From Chlorokybus atmophyticus (Eukaryota > Plantae > Mesostigma and Chlorokybus algae): 64,000 nucleotides of DNA. This document shows positions 62,001 to 64,000 of this stretch, one piece after another. The first letter of the stretch is position 1. Each line of letters begins with the position of its first letter. The notes beneath the pieces were generated by a model that saw nothing but the letters and a program-made list of their open reading frames with translations, ran no database searches and was not told the DNA's origin. The position numbers and the translations under genes are program-made. Location of the stretch: the NCBI GenBank assembly GCA_009103225.1, contig RHPI01001168.1, forward strand, positions 593,053 to 657,052, in the 5' to 3' direction.

Positions 62001-64000
62001 ACAACCATCTAAACATGGCAACGCTGTTGTTATTATCGTCGTTGTTGTTGTTATCATTGTTGTCTCACTTACCAGGGTGAACTTCAGTACTCTCGTCGTG
62101 AAGTAATTATATCTCACGTCCTTCTCCACTCTATCAAAGTACAGCGCGATGCGGTGTATCCTCAGCAGTCTCAGCATCCCCGCGGCCGGCCACGCCGCGG
62201 AGTAGAACGTCCCCGACGCGAGACCGACCAGCTCCCAGGGGACCGTCGCCAACGCGTCGAGCCACAAGCGGCCTTTGATGTAGTGGCGACGGATGCGACG
62301 CACATCGGTTATCAAGGTGCCCTGGAGTGTTGTGTTGGATGTTGGGGTGAGTGGGTGGGTGAGTGTATGTGTGTGCGTGTGTGTGTGAGTGTGTGACGAC
62401 GAGTTGGAGGTGAGTGGATGAGTAGCGTGGTGATGAAGTGTGGGAGTACTTGAGTGAGTACTTTTGAAGTGAGGTTGACAGATGCAGCAATGAGAACCTT
62501 GAAGAAGTAGGCGAGGTTGAAGTCAAGGATGATGTCCATGAGGAACATGAAGTTTATAATTGTGTCGATGACGGCGAGGGTGATGCGCAGGGCACTGTTC
62601 ATACCATCGTTGAACGCAAGCCTGTGTGATGCATATGGGACCTTCAAGTCCTAAACTAACTCAGAGTAGCACAGTTCCCAAGAATTACATTCACTCACTT
62701 ACTTGAAAGGCGCTTCGAAGCAGCAGTAGGTGACGAGCATGACAGTGAGGTTGAACCAGCGCAGGTAGTTGGGGTGCTCGGGATGCACAACCCACTTGGG
62801 CGTGTCCTCCAGAGCCATTCCGCCCTTGTAAGACGCACGCGAACTCGCCTTACTGACATTTCAATGAGGTTGAGTCACACGCACGCGCACACATCCACAC
62901 ACACGCACGCGCACGCGCACACGCCCACCTTGTCTTCCGCCACTGTTTGAGTCCCGACGCCACAATCTCATTATCATATCCAACTCCACTAACGCTTGCA
63001 GTGCTTCCGCCATCCCCATTGACTCTATTCACCCCATCCGCACCCTCGCCTTTGGCCTCCGCAGCGGCCTGCAGCGCGACGGCAGCGAAGGACAGGCGCG
63101 TGGTTGGTTTACCGTGCAATGAGGGGCCGGCGTCGTCGGTTGCTGTGGTGGAACCGCTGCGAGTGCTGGCGTCTCTGTCAGCGAACTGAAGTGCGAGTGA
63201 AGAGGCAGTGCGGGTGGTGAGAGCGAGATAACATAGTTACATACACATCGTTGACACTGCATGCGTGCCACGTGTGCTAGCATGCGCATCGTGCATACTT
63301 GTGCAATCTCAACTACTTTGAGTACACATACGCAGTGGCTGGACATCTAGGTGTGCGCGCACGCGTGCACGCATGCACGCGTGTGCGGGCCTGCGCAGCC
63401 ACTCGCAGGGGTGCGCGCTCATTGTGTGTGCGTGCATGTGTGTGGTTTGAGAAAGTAGAGTCTGTGAGTGTGTGGCTGGGCGATGTGTGCGTTGTACGCG
63501 GGTGCTTGCATGCGTGTATGTATGCTTGTGATTGTGGGTTGTATGTGACCTGGTGGCCTCCGTGGGCGGTAAGCTCGCCAATGGAGCCATAGTCCCGCTG
63601 GTCGCTGGGCTTGCGCCACAACCGCATCATCATCCCGCTCTGAAACAGCACCAAGCATTAGCGCAGACATCCACACCAGATGGTCAGGTCACGTATCAGT
63701 GCTGAGCCAATACTCGGTTGACTGCATCGCTACTCAAAGTAACTGCATGCACACGCATGTGTTCAAATACCATGCGCAAGGAAGCAGAGCAAGATACTTG
63801 CCCACCATCGAGCTTCTTCTGTCTTTCTCCTCCTCGCACGACGACCTCCTGCAGGCGGAGGAGGCGGAGGAGGAGGAGGAGGTAGAGGAGAGGAGAGCTT
63901 GCAGCAGTTCTGACTCCTGCACCAAGCCCTCAGTCCCACCCTTTCTCCCCGCCTCTGCCGCCTGGTTTTGATGAAACAGCAGCGTCCTTCTTCTCCAGGT
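59018..64000 (-). CDS. Plant Shaker-like (CNBD plus ankyrin) voltage-gated K+ channel; 5' end uncertain and may lie beyond the window
   Basis: S1 WVVHPEHPNYLRWFNLTV, S4 MLRLLRIHRI, pore YWSVVTL|MTVGYGDYHPVN, S6 YMLFNLGLSSYILGNMT, CNBD (FFMPNNVV, GDCFGEAA), ankyrin repeats (DYDGRAPLHLAA, DYDLRTALHIAC, DRWGNTAYDEA). Confidence 0.92.

Overview
Eukaryotic nuclear DNA, gene-dense and intron-rich, from a green-lineage organism. The plant-type aldehyde oxidase, Shaker-like K+ channel and UVH3-like XPG suggest a streptophyte alga (inference). I can support about 14 spliced protein genes: homogentisate phytyltransferase, long-form tRNase Z, aldehyde oxidase, RING-H2, F-box, kinesin-4-like motor, DGGGP-synthase-like UbiA, MGDG synthase, DUF760, PTRHD1-like, a small plastid membrane protein, XPG, a long coiled-coil protein and a K+ channel. 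There are also two tRNAs (Ser-GCT, initiator Met), a degenerate dispersed repeat family, a 623-bp exact copy of an aldehyde-oxidase exon and a 364-N gap. The most striking unexplained structure is a 505-bp miniature LTR element (TRIM) at 32840-33344 with TSD, PBS-like site and PPT. It carries a tRNA-type Pol III promoter split across the LTR/internal junction. Exon boundaries were read by eye, so gene spans are approximate where stated. No CRISPR or prokaryotic features were seen.
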